DNA of 64,000 nt, taken from NCBI GenBank assembly GCA_964551435.1, contig CAZKBS010000001.1, positions 143,565 to 207,564 on the forward strand. Direction: 5' to 3'. This DNA is from an uncultured Micavibrio sp. Lineage in GTDB: Bacteria > Pseudomonadota > Alphaproteobacteria > Micavibrionales > UBA2020. Every line of letters begins with the position of its first letter. Positions within the stretch are counted from its first letter, which is position 1. Positions 36,853-47,426 of this stretch are shown piece by piece. A model generated the notes under the pieces. That model made no database searches and had not been told where the DNA came from. It saw nothing but the letters and a program-made list of their open reading frames with translations. The position numbers and the translations under genes were made by a program.

Positions 36853-38814
36853 TCACGCCGCCTTCTTGGTCAGTGCCTTGTGATTGGTGATGATGGTGTC
36901 AACCACCGAAGGGTCGGCCAGCGTCGAGGTATCGCCGAGCTGGTCGAACGCATCTTCGGCCACTTTGCGCAGGATGCGGCGCATGATTTTGCCGCTGCGG
37001 GTTTTGGGCAAGCCCGGCGCAAACAAAATCACATCGGGCGTCGCGATGGGGCCGATGACCTTGCGCACATGCGCCACGATATCCTTGCGCAGCGCATCGT
37101 CGGCGTTTACGCCGTCCATCAGGATGACATAGGCATAGATGCCCTGCCCCTTGATGTCGTGCGGATAGCCAACAACCGCGCTTTCGGCGATTTTGTCGTG
37201 GCTGTTGAGCGCGTCTTCCAGCTCCGCCGTGCCGATGCGGTGGCCGGAGACGTTGATAACGTCATCCACGCGCCCCGTGATGCGGTAATAGCCTTTGGCA
37301 TCGCGGCGGCAGCCGTCGCCGGTGAAGTACATGCCTTTGTAGGCAGAAAAATACGTCTGCACAAATCGCGCGTGGTCTTTATAAACCGTGCGCATCTGCC
37401 CCGGCCAGCTGTCGGTCAGCACAAGATTGCCCTCCGCCTCGCCTTCCAGAAACTTGCCTTCCGCATCCACCAGTGCGGGTTTGACACCGAAGAAAGGCTT
37501 CGATGCATAGGACGGCTTCAGTTCATGCGCGCCCGGCAGCGGTGTAATCAGAACGCCGCCGGTTTCGGTTTGCCACCATGTATCGACGACGGGGCAGCGT
37601 TTGTCGCCCACAACGTCGTAGTACCACATCCATGCTTCTTCGTTGATGGGCTCGCCCACCGAGCCCAGAATACGCAGGCTGCTGCGGTCATATTTTTTGA
37701 CCCAGCTGTCACCTTCGCGCAGCAGCGCGCGGATGGCGGTCGGAGCAGTGTAGAAAATATTGACCTTGTGGCGCTGCACGGTTTCCCAGAAACGCCCGTA
37801 GTCGGGGAAGCTGGGCACGCCTTCGAATACCAGCGATGTCGCACCATTGGCCAGCGGGCCATAGACGATATAGCTATGCCCCGTTACCCAGCCCACGTCG
37901 GCGGTGCACCAGTAAACCTCGCCATCGCGGTAATCGAACACATATTCGTGCGTCATCGCGGCATAAACCAGATAGCCGCCGGTGGTATGCAAAACACCTT
38001 TCGGCTTGCCGGTAGAGCCGGAGGTATAAAGAATAAACAACGGATCTTCGGCGTTCATTTCCGTGCAAGGGCAATCGGTCGATTGCGCGGCGCAAATATC
38101 ATGATACCAGACATCGCGGCCCGGTTTCATGTCGACCGCACCACCCGTGCGTTTCAACACAATCACCGTCGATACGGCGGGGCATTCCGCCAGTGCGGCG
38201 TCTGTGTTGGCTTTCAGCGGTACATGCTTGCCGCCGCGCAGGCCTTCGTCGGCGGTAATCACCACGTTTGAATCGCAATCAAGAATGCGGTCGCGCAGCG
38301 ACGACGGCGAAAAGCCGCCAAACACCACCGAATGCACCGCGCCGATGCGCGCGCAGGCAAGCATGGCGTAAACCGCTTCGGGCACCATGGGCATGTAAAT
38401 CGTGACACGGTCGCCTTTTTTCACGCCGCGGGATTTGAGCGCGTTGGCGAGCTTGCAAACTTCGTCTTTCAGCTGCGCATAGGTAATGGCGCTGCTGTCG
38501 CCGGCCTGATCGCCTTCGCGCAGAAGCGCGGTCTGGTTCGCGCGTTTGGGCAGGTGACGGTCAACACAGTTATAGCAGGCATTGAGTGTACCGTCGTAAA
38601 ACCAGCGGATGCGCGCGTTATCGGCGAAATCCACATCCTTCACCTGCGTGTAGGGTTTCATCCAGTCGATGCGTTTGCCGTGTTCGCGCCAGAAGCCTTC
38701 GGGATCGTCGAGAGACTGCTGATACATCGCCGCGTATTTTTCCGGCGTGATTTTCGCGTCTTTCATGCTGGCGGGGATAGGAAAATATTCGGGATGCTGT
38801 GTGTAATCGGTCAC
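36853..38814 (-). CDS. acs: Acetyl-CoA synthetase
   Basis: AMP-binding motif [12 protein letters not shown]-terminal [14 protein letters not shown] start at 38814 is preceded by GAAGGAGG with a 7-nt spacer. The resulting length of 653 aa is typical for Acs. Confidence 0.93.
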   Translation of the reverse strand: MTDYTQHPEYFPIPASMKDAKITPEKYAAMYQQSLDDPEGFWREHGKRIDWMKPYTQVKDVDFADNARIRWFYDGTLNACYNCVDRHLPKRANQTALLREGDQAGDSSAITYAQLKDEVCKLANALKSRGVKKGDRVTIYMPMVPEAVYAMLACARIGAVHSVVFGGFSPSSLRDRILDCDSNVVITADEGLRGGKHVPLKANTDAALAECPAVSTVIVLKRTGGAVDMKPGRDVWYHDICAAQSTDCPCTEMNAEDPLFILYTSGSTGKPKGVLHTTGGYLVYAAMTHEYVFDYRDGEVYWCTADVGWVTGHSYIVYGPLANGATSLVFEGVPSFPDYGRFWETVQRHKVNIFYTAPTAIRALLREGDSWVKKYDRSSLRILGSVGEPINEEAWMWYYDVVGDKRCPVVDTWWQTETGGVLITPLPGAHELKPSYASKPFFGVKPALVDAEGKFLEGEAEGNLVLTDSWPGQMRTVYKDHARFVQTYFSAYKGMYFTGDGCRRDAKGYYRITGRVDDVINVSGHRIGTAELEDALNSHDKIAESAVVGYPHDIKGQGIYAYVILMDGVNADDALRKDIVAHVRKVIGPIATPDVILFAPGLPKTRSGKIMRRILRKVAEDAFDQLGDTSTLADPSVVDTIITNHKALTKKAA

Positions 38815-39159
38815 GGCGCGGCCTCCTTCATCAAAATGACATGCACAGGCAACGGCGGGCGTGCTTGTGCGCATAAAGCTTTGTGCTGAACAAACCGCCA
38901 ACAGCATAGCAAGGATGACGACGAGGTCTATCCCAAAACCCATATTGCAACGCAGCAAATCTATGTCATAACAATTACATAGGACATAAATACAGATAAA
39001 TAACCCGCCGTGCGGTATCCGGCGGCATCGAAGCGCCCGTCTGGCAGTACCTTGGGTGCGGTTTTTGTTGCAGTGGCCCGCGCGCGCGCCTAACATCCGG
39101 CGCCGGAGGCGGCCCGCACATTGCGCCGCCATGCTTTTCAACAAGGATGCAACACCACC

Positions 39160-39417
39160 ATGACCGAAGATGACAAACAGCGCCTGAAAGACGCTTTTCT
39201 GAGCGCGATTGAACAATCCCCCGCCGCGGACGAACCCATCGACGGCATGACCGACGGCAAGGGCGGGCGCATGACGCTGCGCAAACTGTTCATGACGACG
39301 ATGGAGCAGGATTCGTTTTACGCCGATATCGACCGCGATATTCAAAAAGGGCTGACGAGCGTCGAGCGCGTGGCCGAACAAATCCGCAATACCCGCCGCA
39401 TTTCGCTGCAACCCTAA
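39160..39417 (+). CDS. Hypothetical small protein
   Basis: The first in-frame ATG is 39131 ([10 protein letters not shown]...); I chose the second ATG at 39160 (MTEDDKQ...), so the start is uncertain. The ORF track opens at TTG 39121. Coding-like bias. A terminator follows. Confidence 0.5.
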   Translation: MTEDDKQRLKDAFLSAIEQSPAADEPIDGMTDGKGGRMTLRKLFMTTMEQDSFYADIDRDIQKGLTSVERVAEQIRNTRRISLQP

Positions 39418-39444
39418 GATTTCGCTTTATACAAGAAATAAAAA

Positions 39445-39472
39445 ACGGCCCGCTTGTTCGGGCCGTTTTTTG
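39445..39472. terminator. Bidirectional intrinsic terminator
   Basis: ACGGCCCG, loop, CGGGCCGT. Flanked by AAAAA upstream and TTTTTT downstream. Confidence 0.8.
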
Positions 39473-39501
39473 CTTTGTTTAGGCTATTTTGACGCGGCGT
39501 C

Positions 39502-39909
39502 TCAAAGTCCGCCCAGCTTGCAGATCACTTTCCATTCCGCCGCCGTCACGGGAGAAACCGAGAGGCGCGACTGGCGCACGAAGGCCATGTCTTTAAGCTT
39601 TTCATGCACCTTGATATCGGCGAGGGTCACGGGGGTTTTGAATGCCGGCCCCGCGCTCACTTCGACCATGCCGAATTTTCCTGTCTCGTCCGTCGGGTCG
39701 GGATGATAGAGCTTGCTGATTTTGACGATGCCGACGATTTCCTTGCCTTCGTTGGAGTGATAAAAAAACGCTTCGTCGCCGATTTTCATCGCCTTCATAT
39801 TGTTGCTGGCCTGATAATTACGCACGCCCGTCCAGCCGGTTTTCTTGTCCTTGCACATCTGTTGCCAGCTGTACGCATCGGGTTCGGATTTCATGAGCCA
39901 GTAAGCCAT
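39502..39909 (-). CDS. EVE-domain (PUA-like, DUF55) protein
   Basis: Motif MAYWLMKSEPDAYSWQQ...WTGVRNYQASNNMKAMKIGDEAFFYHSN. The ATG at 39909 has a GGAGA RBS. Confidence 0.85.
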   Translation of the reverse strand: MAYWLMKSEPDAYSWQQMCKDKKTGWTGVRNYQASNNMKAMKIGDEAFFYHSNEGKEIVGIVKISKLYHPDPTDETGKFGMVEVSAGPAFKTPVTLADIKVHEKLKDMAFVRQSRLSVSPVTAAEWKVICKLGGL

Positions 39910-40097
39910 TGCCTGTTTCTCCATCGCGGGGGTTGATTTTTATCTAGGGCAGCGCGGGGCGAATGTCCAGCGCAATAAAAATTAACCCGTTGTTTTTTAT
40001 TATTTTTTACGTATTTTATTGACAGAATATCCCACAGGTATACAACAGCGTTCAGGCGCGCGGCACGCCTGCGCCCCATAACGCGAAAGATTCTCCG

Positions 40098-40349
40098 ATG
40101 CAAAATTCCGGCACAAACGATAACACATCCCCCCTCAAACAGGCCGCCGAGGCGCTGAATAAACATGACGGAAACGTGCAAACAACACTGGCGCGGATTG
40201 CCGACGTCGCCCTCGCACCGCTGCAGCAGGCACCGGCCGAAGGCATCCGTCAGGCAGAACTGGCCAAAACTGGCACGCAAAATGATGTCGCCGTCAGTGC
40301 GCCCATGAACGTGCGCCGCCGCACCAAGGGCGGCCCCGCCAGCGGATGA
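40098..40349 (+). CDS. Hypothetical small protein ending in a basic GGP tail
   Basis: Coding-like bias but no clear RBS. C-terminus is NVRRRTKGGPASG. Confidence 0.4.
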   Translation: MQNSGTNDNTSPLKQAAEALNKHDGNVQTTLARIADVALAPLQQAPAEGIRQAELAKTGTQNDVAVSAPMNVRRRTKGGPASG

Positions 40350-40367
40350 CCCTACAGGCGGCCTGTC

Positions 40368-41009
40368 TTACGGCTTGGGCGGAAAGAATTTTTCCGGGTG
40401 CATTTTTTGCAAAAGCTCCGGCTTTTCTTTGAGCAAATCCTGACGGTTTTTTTCTGTCTGCTGGCGCTGCGCATCAATCACGGGATGGTCGAGCACGGCC
40501 TGCAGCAAACGCCCTTCGCGGCCCGTCAGCGCATCGAGCATTTCAACCATAATAATATTCGGCGCCGCAATCGGACGGATGTCGAGCAGCATGTCGAGCA
40601 GTTCTTTTTCCGGCTTTTCCGGATGCATCAGCGACAAGGCACCCAGCGCCAGCGCCACGCTGCGCGATTTGCCCGCATGGCAGTGGATCAGAACCGCGCC
40701 GTCCTCGGTTTTCTCCAGATGTTCCATGACGAAGGCAAGACCGGCCTCCACCTGTTCCAGATCGGGGCCCTGATGCACTTTTTGTTCGGCATCCCAGAAG
40801 CTGAGGATTTTTTGCGGCACATGCGCGTGCGGCGTTTCATCAAGTCGCGGCGCCGCGCCCTTTGCCCCCGGCGCAACGCCCGGATGTTCAATCGACAAAA
40901 CGGCGGTGATTTTGACGGACGTATTGTCATTCGCCGCATGATCGAGGGTTTTCACAAGCTCGTCCGCGCGGGTGATGATGATGCGGTGGGGTTTTCGGGG
41001 TTCGGTCAT
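40368..41009 (-). CDS. Dual-specificity/tyrosine phosphatase-like protein (CX5R)
   Basis: Active-site signature is VLIHCHAGKSRSVALALG (HCxxGxxRS). The ATG at 41009 has an AAGGGA RBS. Confidence 0.8.
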   Translation of the reverse strand: MTEPRKPHRIIITRADELVKTLDHAANDNTSVKITAVLSIEHPGVAPGAKGAAPRLDETPHAHVPQKILSFWDAEQKVHQGPDLEQVEAGLAFVMEHLEKTEDGAVLIHCHAGKSRSVALALGALSLMHPEKPEKELLDMLLDIRPIAAPNIIMVEMLDALTGREGRLLQAVLDHPVIDAQRQQTEKNRQDLLKEKPELLQKMHPEKFFPPKP

Positions 41010-41032
41010 GACATTCCCTTCTTTCAATTCTT

Positions 41033-42052
41033 TTAATCGTCTTCGGTACGGATGGCGCGGGCCAGCAGATCGTGGATCACATCCGCAACTTTCGCGCTCT
41101 GGTGCAGGATATGGTCAACCGCGCCGCAAATCGGCATGTCGATACCCGCCTTGTGCGCGGCCAGCGCCAGCGCACGGGCCGTCGCGACGCCTTCGGCCAC
41201 GGTGCGGCGCGCGGCCGTAATCTCGGCAAGGCTCTGCCCCTGCCCGAGCGCATGCCCCAGCGAAAAATTGCGCGAGGTCATCGAATTGCACGTCAGCATC
41301 AAATCGCCAACGCCCGACAGGCCCAAAAACGTTTCCGCCTTGGCACCGCGCGCAAGGCCGAAGCGTTTGATCTCTGCCATGCCGCGCGTCATGACGGCAG
41401 CGCGCGCGTTCTGGCCGAGGTTTTGGCCCTCGACAATCCCGCAGGCGATGGCAATCACGTTTTTAATCGCGCCCGCGATATCCACGCCCACCACATCCTG
41501 CCCCAGATAGGGGCGGAAGGTCGGGCTTTTCACCGCCTGCGCCCAGATGGCCGCGGCATCGCGCGGGGCGGTGGTGGCGAAAGTCGCCGCGGCAGGCAGG
41601 CCGCGGATAACCTCGCTCGCGAATGTCGGCCCGGACAGCGCGGCATAAGGCGTTTCGGGTAAAACCTCGGCCACGATATCGGCGGGCAACAGGCCCGTGG
41701 TGATTTCTATACCCTTGGCGCAATTCACCAGCGGCACGCCCGCGCGCAAATGCGGTTTTATTTTGGCGCACATATCGCGCATGAACTGCACCGGCGTCAC
41801 CGCCAGCACCATATCGGCCCCGTCCAGCACCACGGTGATATCGGATGTGGCGCGCAGGGCTTCGTGCAGCTTCAGCCCCGGCAGATACACGGGGTTTTCG
41901 TGCCGCGCGTTGATGGTATCGGCAAGGCCCGCATCGCGCGCGTACAAAATCACGCTATGGCCCGCGCGGCGCACGATATCGCCCAGCGCCGTGCCCCACG
42001 AACCCGCGCCGATAACGGCAATACGCTTTATTTGTGTGTCAGCTTGCGTCAT
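41033..42052 (-). CDS. gpsA: NAD(P)H-dependent glycerol-3-phosphate dehydrogenase
   Basis: N-terminal Rossmann motif IAVIGAGSWGTALG. Length 339 aa. Lies immediately downstream of tsaD. Confidence 0.92.
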   Translation of the reverse strand: MTQADTQIKRIAVIGAGSWGTALGDIVRRAGHSVILYARDAGLADTINARHENPVYLPGLKLHEALRATSDITVVLDGADMVLAVTPVQFMRDMCAKIKPHLRAGVPLVNCAKGIEITTGLLPADIVAEVLPETPYAALSGPTFASEVIRGLPAAATFATTAPRDAAAIWAQAVKSPTFRPYLGQDVVGVDIAGAIKNVIAIACGIVEGQNLGQNARAAVMTRGMAEIKRFGLARGAKAETFLGLSGVGDLMLTCNSMTSRNFSLGHALGQGQSLAEITAARRTVAEGVATARALALAAHKAGIDMPICGAVDHILHQSAKVADVIHDLLARAIRTEDD

Positions 42053-42056
42053 CTTG

Positions 42057-43154
42057 TCAGACCTTTTGCGATTTGGCGGCGACAATCCCGGCGGCAGGAT
42101 CCAGCGGCCAGCGCGCGCGCACGGGGAAATCAATATCATCCGTCATGCCGCGCATAAATCTTTCCATGCCCGCCCAGGCAATCATCGCGGCATTATCGGT
42201 GCAAAGCTTCAGCGGCGGCGCGATAAAACGCAGCCCGCGGGCAGCGGCAACGTCTTCGAGCACGGCACGCAGGCGTTTATTGGCGGCAACCCCGCCCGCC
42301 ACCACCAGCGACGGCTGCGCGGGCGAAAGCGCCAGATATTCATCCATCGCGCGGGCGATGCGGTCGCGCAGAATATCCGCCACGGTTTCCTGAAAACTCG
42401 CGCAGAGGGCGGCGGCTTCGCTGCGCGGGATATCGCCCGCCGGAAAACCGTCGATGATTTTACGCACGGCCGTTTTCAGGCCGGAGAAAGAAAAATCACA
42501 TCCCGGTTTGCCCAGCATCGGTTTCGGCAGCGGGTATTTCGCGCGCGCGGATTTGACGTCGGTACATTCCGCCGCCAGTTTTTCAATCGCAGGCCCGCCC
42601 GGCCAGCCAAGGCCCAGCAGCTTTGCGGTTTTGTCGAAGGCTTCGCCCACGGCATCGTCGATGGTGGTGCCAAGGCGCGTATATTCGCCAATGCCCCTGG
42701 CAATCAAAATCTGGCAATGCCCGCCGGAGACCAGCAGCAGCAAATAGGGAAAGGCCACATCGCCATCTGTCAGCCGCACGGTAAGCGCATGGCCTTCCAG
42801 ATGGTTGACCGCGACCAGCGGCAGGCCGCGCACCTGCGCAATCGCCTTGGCCGTCATGACACCGACCAGCACACCGCCGATCAGCCCCGGCCCTGCCGTG
42901 ACCGCGACAGCGGAAATATCATCGAGGGTGACCCCTGCTTCTTGCAAAGCTTCTTCGACCAGATGGTCCATGTGTTCGAGATGCGCGCGCGCGGCGACTT
43001 CGGGCACCACGCCGCCAAAGGCCAGATGTTCGCGCTGGCTGAGCACGCGGTGCGCCAGAATCCGGCGGTCTTCGCCGACGATGGCGACGGCGGTTTCATC
43101 GCAGCTGCTTTCGATGCCAAGCACAAGGCGGCTGTGGGGGCGCGGGTTTGTCAT
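42057..43154 (-). CDS. tsaD: tRNA N6-adenosine threonylcarbamoyltransferase
   Basis: Motifs [18 protein letters not shown] and GGVAAN are typical of TsaD/Kae1. Confidence 0.92.
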   Translation of the reverse strand: MTNPRPHSRLVLGIESSCDETAVAIVGEDRRILAHRVLSQREHLAFGGVVPEVAARAHLEHMDHLVEEALQEAGVTLDDISAVAVTAGPGLIGGVLVGVMTAKAIAQVRGLPLVAVNHLEGHALTVRLTDGDVAFPYLLLLVSGGHCQILIARGIGEYTRLGTTIDDAVGEAFDKTAKLLGLGWPGGPAIEKLAAECTDVKSARAKYPLPKPMLGKPGCDFSFSGLKTAVRKIIDGFPAGDIPRSEAAALCASFQETVADILRDRIARAMDEYLALSPAQPSLVVAGGVAANKRLRAVLEDVAAARGLRFIAPPLKLCTDNAAMIAWAGMERFMRGMTDDIDFPVRARWPLDPAAGIVAAKSQKV

Positions 43155-43252
43155 GCGCTTGTTATATCAGTCTTCCTGTGTAAATTCACGCGGAAACATC
43201 TGTCATAATACCTACGAGTAACCCACTTGCCGGCCGGCGGTCCTTGTTTTAT

Positions 43253-43281
43253 TTGACATATCGTATATACACGGTTAAGTT
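43253..43281 (+). promoter_or_regulatory. Sigma70-like promoter candidate in the tsaD/hemC divergent region
   Basis: TTGACA (43253..43258), 17 nt, TAAGTT (43276..43281). Confidence 0.35.
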
Positions 43282-43338
43282 CATTTCCGAAATATCAGCC
43301 CCGCGCGCGTTTCGCGCCGCCAGCCGCAGGAGCCTGCC

Positions 43339-43581
43339 ATGGAATTCCCCAAAAACATCGCCGCACAAACCCGCGGCCAGTTTAGCGAAGCGTTTAACCG
43401 CATGATGCACAAACCGCTGGATGCCGCCGGATTTTACGCCGCCGCGCAGGACGCGGGCTGGCACGAGGCGCGCATTTTCCCGCCCGGCACGGCCCTGATG
43501 TTCGACCGCAGCAAAACCGATACGCGCATCACCGTCGACACCGACCGTTTCGGCAAGGTCTGCCGTTTCCGTCAGGGCTGA
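43339..43581 (+). CDS. Hypothetical small protein
   Basis: RBS AGGAG. A terminator follows. Confidence 0.5.
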   Translation: MEFPKNIAAQTRGQFSEAFNRMMHKPLDAAGFYAAAQDAGWHEARIFPPGTALMFDRSKTDTRITVDTDRFGKVCRFRQG

Positions 43582-43605
43582 AGCGCTGCTGCCTTTCATA
43601 CTCAA

Positions 43606-43633
43606 ACGCCGGCAGCCTCTGCCGGCGTTTTTA
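43606..43633 (+). terminator. Intrinsic terminator
   Basis: ACGCCGGCAG, loop CCTC, TGCCGGCGT, followed by TTTT. Confidence 0.75.
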
Positions 43634-43740
43634 TTGCTGCGGGATGCCGCATGACAAACGCGGCGCATCGTTCTTGGCTTTCTGCGCCAAAAGGCCTAAT
43701 AACTTATAAAAGAATAACACGCGACAAAACGGATTCGGGC

Positions 43741-44670
43741 ATGAAAACAAAAATCAATATCGGCACGCGCGGCAGCCCGCTTGCCCTTGCGCAGGCGGAA
43801 TTGCTGGCAAGCGCGCTCAAACGCGCGCATCCGCATCTGGCGGCGCCGGGCGCGATTGAATTTGTGATCATCACCACCAGCGGCGACCGTATTCAGGACC
43901 GCCCGCTGTCCGAGGTCGGGGGCAAAGGCCTGTTCACCAAGGAAATCGAAGACGCGCTGCTCGACGGCACCATCGACGCCGCCGTGCATTCGATGAAGGA
44001 TATGCCCACGGAATTGCCCGCCGGGCTTGTCATTCCCTGCCTGCTGCCGCGCGAAGATGTGCGCGATGCGTTTTTCAGCCGCAGCGGCGAGACACTGGAT
44101 AGCCTGCCGCAGGGCGCCGTTGTCGGCACATCAAGCCTGCGCCGTCAGGCGATTATTCTGGCGCGCCGCCCCGATTTGAAAGTCGTGATGTTCCGCGGCA
44201 ACGTCGGCACGCGTTTGCAGAAATTGCAGGATGGCGTTGTCGATGCGACGCTGCTGGCCGTGGCGGGGCTGAACCGCCTTGGCAAATCGGATATCATCCA
44301 GCATGTGCTGGAAACCGATGTGATGCTGCCCGCCGTCGCGCAGGGCGCCGTCGGTATCGAAATCCGCGAAAACGACAAAGACATGCAGGCGCTGCTGGCG
44401 CCCGCGCATTGCCCCGTGACCGCGCTGCGCGTCACGGCGGAACGCGCGTTTCTGGCCGCGATGGACGGGTCTTGCAAAACGCCGCTCGGCGCGCTGATGT
44501 CCGTGCCCGACCCCGATGGCCGTGCGCGGTTCGATGCACTGTCGGCCAACCCCGACGGCACCAACCTGCACAAGGTCAGCTATGTGATGCATGTCGCCCA
44601 TACGGGTGATGCGGAGCGTCTGGGCCGTCAGGCCGCCGCCGATATCCGCGCGAAGCTAAAAGCGGCGTAA
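43741..44670 (+). CDS. hemC: Porphobilinogen deaminase (hydroxymethylbilane synthase)
   Basis: Motifs IGTRGSPLALAQA and SLRR. C-terminal Cys context DGSCKTPLGA. Confidence 0.92.
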   Translation: MKTKINIGTRGSPLALAQAELLASALKRAHPHLAAPGAIEFVIITTSGDRIQDRPLSEVGGKGLFTKEIEDALLDGTIDAAVHSMKDMPTELPAGLVIPCLLPREDVRDAFFSRSGETLDSLPQGAVVGTSSLRRQAIILARRPDLKVVMFRGNVGTRLQKLQDGVVDATLLAVAGLNRLGKSDIIQHVLETDVMLPAVAQGAVGIEIRENDKDMQALLAPAHCPVTALRVTAERAFLAAMDGSCKTPLGALMSVPDPDGRARFDALSANPDGTNLHKVSYVMHVAHTGDAERLGRQAAADIRAKLKAA

Positions 44671-44846
44671 AACCGAGATCTAAACAGCACCAAGATATCC
44701 GCCGCAGGGCAAAAAACGGCAGTTCCGTCTTAACGGGATGTTCACCTGCGGTATATATTATTAAAGAGTTGTCCTTTTGGCGGCGACCGCTGCCCTGAAT
44801 AGTCCGGCCCCGCGCCGCACATGTATTTGAAAAGGTGGAAAAGCCC

Positions 44847-47291
44847 ATGCGTTCCATTCTCGTCACACGGCCCGAGCCGGCTGGCAGCGAGCTTGCGGAA
44901 AAACTCCGCCGCGAGGGGTTCGAGACGTACCTCGCCCCCCTCAGCCGTTATGTGCCCGTCCCCGCCGATTTTGACGTGATGGCGGCCTGTCAGGCGCTGG
45001 TCTTTACAAGCGCGCAGGCCGTGACGCAATTTCCCGCCGCGCCCGAGGGACGCGACAAAACCGTTTTCGCCGTCGGCACTGCCACGGCGGAGGCCGCGAC
45101 GCAGCACGGCTTTGCCCATGTCATCGCGGGCGCGGGCGATGTGCGCGATCTGGCACAAACGCTGATTGCACGCAAGGAAGAACTGGGCCTGCAAGAAATT
45201 CTACATGTATCGGGCGAAGATACCGCCGAGGATCTGTCGCAGCTGCTGGCCGACAGCGGCATCACCGTACATCGCCGCGTGGTTTACCGCACCGAATTCA
45301 TCGACCAACTGCCGCCGGAAATCGAACGCGCGCTGATCGAGGATAAAATCAACACCGTGCTTTTGTTTTCCGCACGCGCCGCGCAGCACTGGCTGCGAAT
45401 TCTATCGCGCGAGGACTTGCGCGCCGCCAGCGCCAGACTGGAGGCCGTCTGCCTGAGCGAGCGCGTCGCAAACGAACTGCGCGGTACGCCCTGGCGCGCC
45501 GTAAAGGTTGCACGCACCCCGCAGCTAGATGCCGTACTTGATATTCTGCGCGGTGCCGATACCGCCCCGCCGCTGCCCATGGCGCTGCCGGCCGACCCGG
45601 TTATCGACGCGTTTGGCGGTTTGCGTCCGTTGGCGAACCGCCTCGGTATCACCGCATCGACGGTGCAGGGCTGGAAAAAGCGCGGCATTATTCCCGATAC
45701 GCGCGTAGAGGCGATTTACACCGCCGCCGAAGAAGACAATATCGACATCAACGCCATACTTACAAAAGGACAATACAAGATGACTATGGACGACGTGGAC
45801 GGCCGCAGTTCGCACACGCAGGCAAGCGATCGCCGGCGCAACATCGACCGCCGCCAGCAAAGACCGACCTACGACGCCTATGGCAATGTCCGCTCCGCCA
45901 CCTATACCGGCCCTGACCGCCGCAGCGGCATCGACCGCCGCGAACACGCCGCGCGCCAGCAGCAGCGTATCCGCGCAGAAAAAATACGCTTCGTCAGCCG
46001 CACCATCATCATGTCGGCGTTTTTCATCGGCGCGCTGGCGCTGCTGGGCACGTTTGTAATGGCGCCTGAATTCTTCTCCTTCGCCGAACGCCGCGACCGC
46101 GAAAAAGAATACGAACATCGCCTGCAGGAATACGACCGTCAGATCAAAGAACTGCAGCAGCGCCAGAACGAACTGCGCCGCCAGCAAGGCCTCGCCCCGC
46201 TGCCGACGCAAGACCAGAAAGCCCCCGCCACGCCTGGCATCGGCCAGCGCATGAACCAAGGGCTGCAAAAAGCGCAGGGTGCCGTTGATACGGTAAAAAG
46301 CGTCGTGGGCAACAGCGTCGAAGGCGTACACAAAAGCGTCGAGAAAAGCAGCACATATCAGGGTTTCCAAAGCCTGATGCGCATGCTGGCGACGCTGAAT
46401 AACCTGACGCGCACGCAAGAGGGCGCCGCCGAAGCCGAAGGCATGATGGGTCGTCTGCGCAGCGTGATGTCGGGCGCGCCGCAAGACCCCGCAGGCCTCA
46501 GCAAAGCTATCGAAGGCGCGACGAAAACCGACCCGATGCTGGCCGAGGTGATGGGCGGCATCGCCCCCAAGGATCTGGGCGCAGCGGCGATGCTGCTGAC
46601 AATGAACGAGCTGCGTGGCAATATCGGCGGCGGCCGGTCGTTTGAGAGCGATCTGCATATCATCCAGAAATATGCCAAGGACGACCCGGAAATGCAGGCC
46701 GCGCTGAAACGCGTCGCCCCCTACGCCCGCAGCGGTGTCCTGAGCCGCCAGCATTTGCAAAAAGAATTCCGCAATATCGCCGCAGATATCGTGATGGCGA
46801 AGCTGCAAGGCGAAGACGCGTCGGTACGAGAGCGCGTGCTGCTGCGTCTGTCGAAATACGCCAAAATGCGCAAGGTCGACGATATCGAGGGTGATACCGT
46901 CGATGCCAGCGTCGCGCGGGCCGAGCTGATGCTGGATCAGGGCGACATCAAAGGCGCCATCAAGGAATTGCAATCGCTGGAAGGCGCGCCCGCGGATACC
47001 GCTGCGCCGTGGCTGGCGCAGGCCGAAGGGCATGTGGCCGCCGATGAATCGTCACAGGTGCTTTTGCAAACCGTACTGGGCATGCTGGGCAACGGCACAG
47101 GGCCTTTCGCCGGCTTTAGCGATATCGGCAGTATCGATATGGGCGGCATCGACCTCAATAGCGCTGTCGGAGACCTGCTCGAACAGCTGCCGTCGGGGGC
47201 CGAAGGGTTTGGCAATACAACGACCGTTCCATATCTCTCCCCCTCGCTGCAGCAACACAGCCAGCCGGGTATCAGCATTCCGATGCCATAA
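44847..47291 (+). CDS. Uroporphyrinogen-III synthase (HemD) domain fused in frame to an alphaproteobacterial Mic60-like (TM, coiled coil, mitofilin-like C-terminus) protein
   Basis: RBS AAGGTGG. HemD-like N-terminal 230 aa or so. HTH-like LANRLGITASTVQGWKKRGIIP. TM segment IIMSAFFIGALALLGTFVMAP. Coiled coil REKEYEHRLQEYDRQIKELQQRQNELRRQQ. C-terminus GDIKGAIKELQSLEGAPADTAAPWLAQAEGHVAADES. Position between hemC and the hemY-like gene. Confidence 0.8.
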   Translation: MRSILVTRPEPAGSELAEKLRREGFETYLAPLSRYVPVPADFDVMAACQALVFTSAQAVTQFPAAPEGRDKTVFAVGTATAEAATQHGFAHVIAGAGDVRDLAQTLIARKEELGLQEILHVSGEDTAEDLSQLLADSGITVHRRVVYRTEFIDQLPPEIERALIEDKINTVLLFSARAAQHWLRILSREDLRAASARLEAVCLSERVANELRGTPWRAVKVARTPQLDAVLDILRGADTAPPLPMALPADPVIDAFGGLRPLANRLGITASTVQGWKKRGIIPDTRVEAIYTAAEEDNIDINAILTKGQYKMTMDDVDGRSSHTQASDRRRNIDRRQQRPTYDAYGNVRSATYTGPDRRSGIDRREHAARQQQRIRAEKIRFVSRTIIMSAFFIGALALLGTFVMAPEFFSFAERRDREKEYEHRLQEYDRQIKELQQRQNELRRQQGLAPLPTQDQKAPATPGIGQRMNQGLQKAQGAVDTVKSVVGNSVEGVHKSVEKSSTYQGFQSLMRMLATLNNLTRTQEGAAEAEGMMGRLRSVMSGAPQDPAGLSKAIEGATKTDPMLAEVMGGIAPKDLGAAAMLLTMNELRGNIGGGRSFESDLHIIQKYAKDDPEMQAALKRVAPYARSGVLSRQHLQKEFRNIAADIVMAKLQGEDASVRERVLLRLSKYAKMRKVDDIEGDTVDASVARAELMLDQGDIKGAIKELQSLEGAPADTAAPWLAQAEGHVAADESSQVLLQTVLGMLGNGTGPFAGFSDIGSIDMGGIDLNSAVGDLLEQLPSGAEGFGNTTTVPYLSPSLQQHSQPGISIPMP

Positions 47292-47426
47292 GACATACCG
47301 GCGGGTTTTACTGACGTCCTTTTTTGTTTATTGTATTGAAGAGCCGAAGATTTCGTTAGGTCTTTCCGCGGCACATCCGCCGCCCCGCGCACGAAAGGAT
47401 AACCCCATGCCCCGGAAGAACACTGC

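Noticed and set aside
38815-39411. N-terminal 199-aa extension of acs in the ORF track (852 aa), and the 511-aa antisense ORF 36736..38271
   Set aside because: The extension crosses an AT-rich non-coding region and would overlap the divergent small gene. A GTG with a GAAGGAGG RBS at 38814 gives a normal-length Acs. The antisense ORF is a shadow ORF.
41697-43208. 503-aa plus-strand ORF over gpsA/tsaD
   Set aside because: It is antisense to two highly recognisable housekeeping genes.
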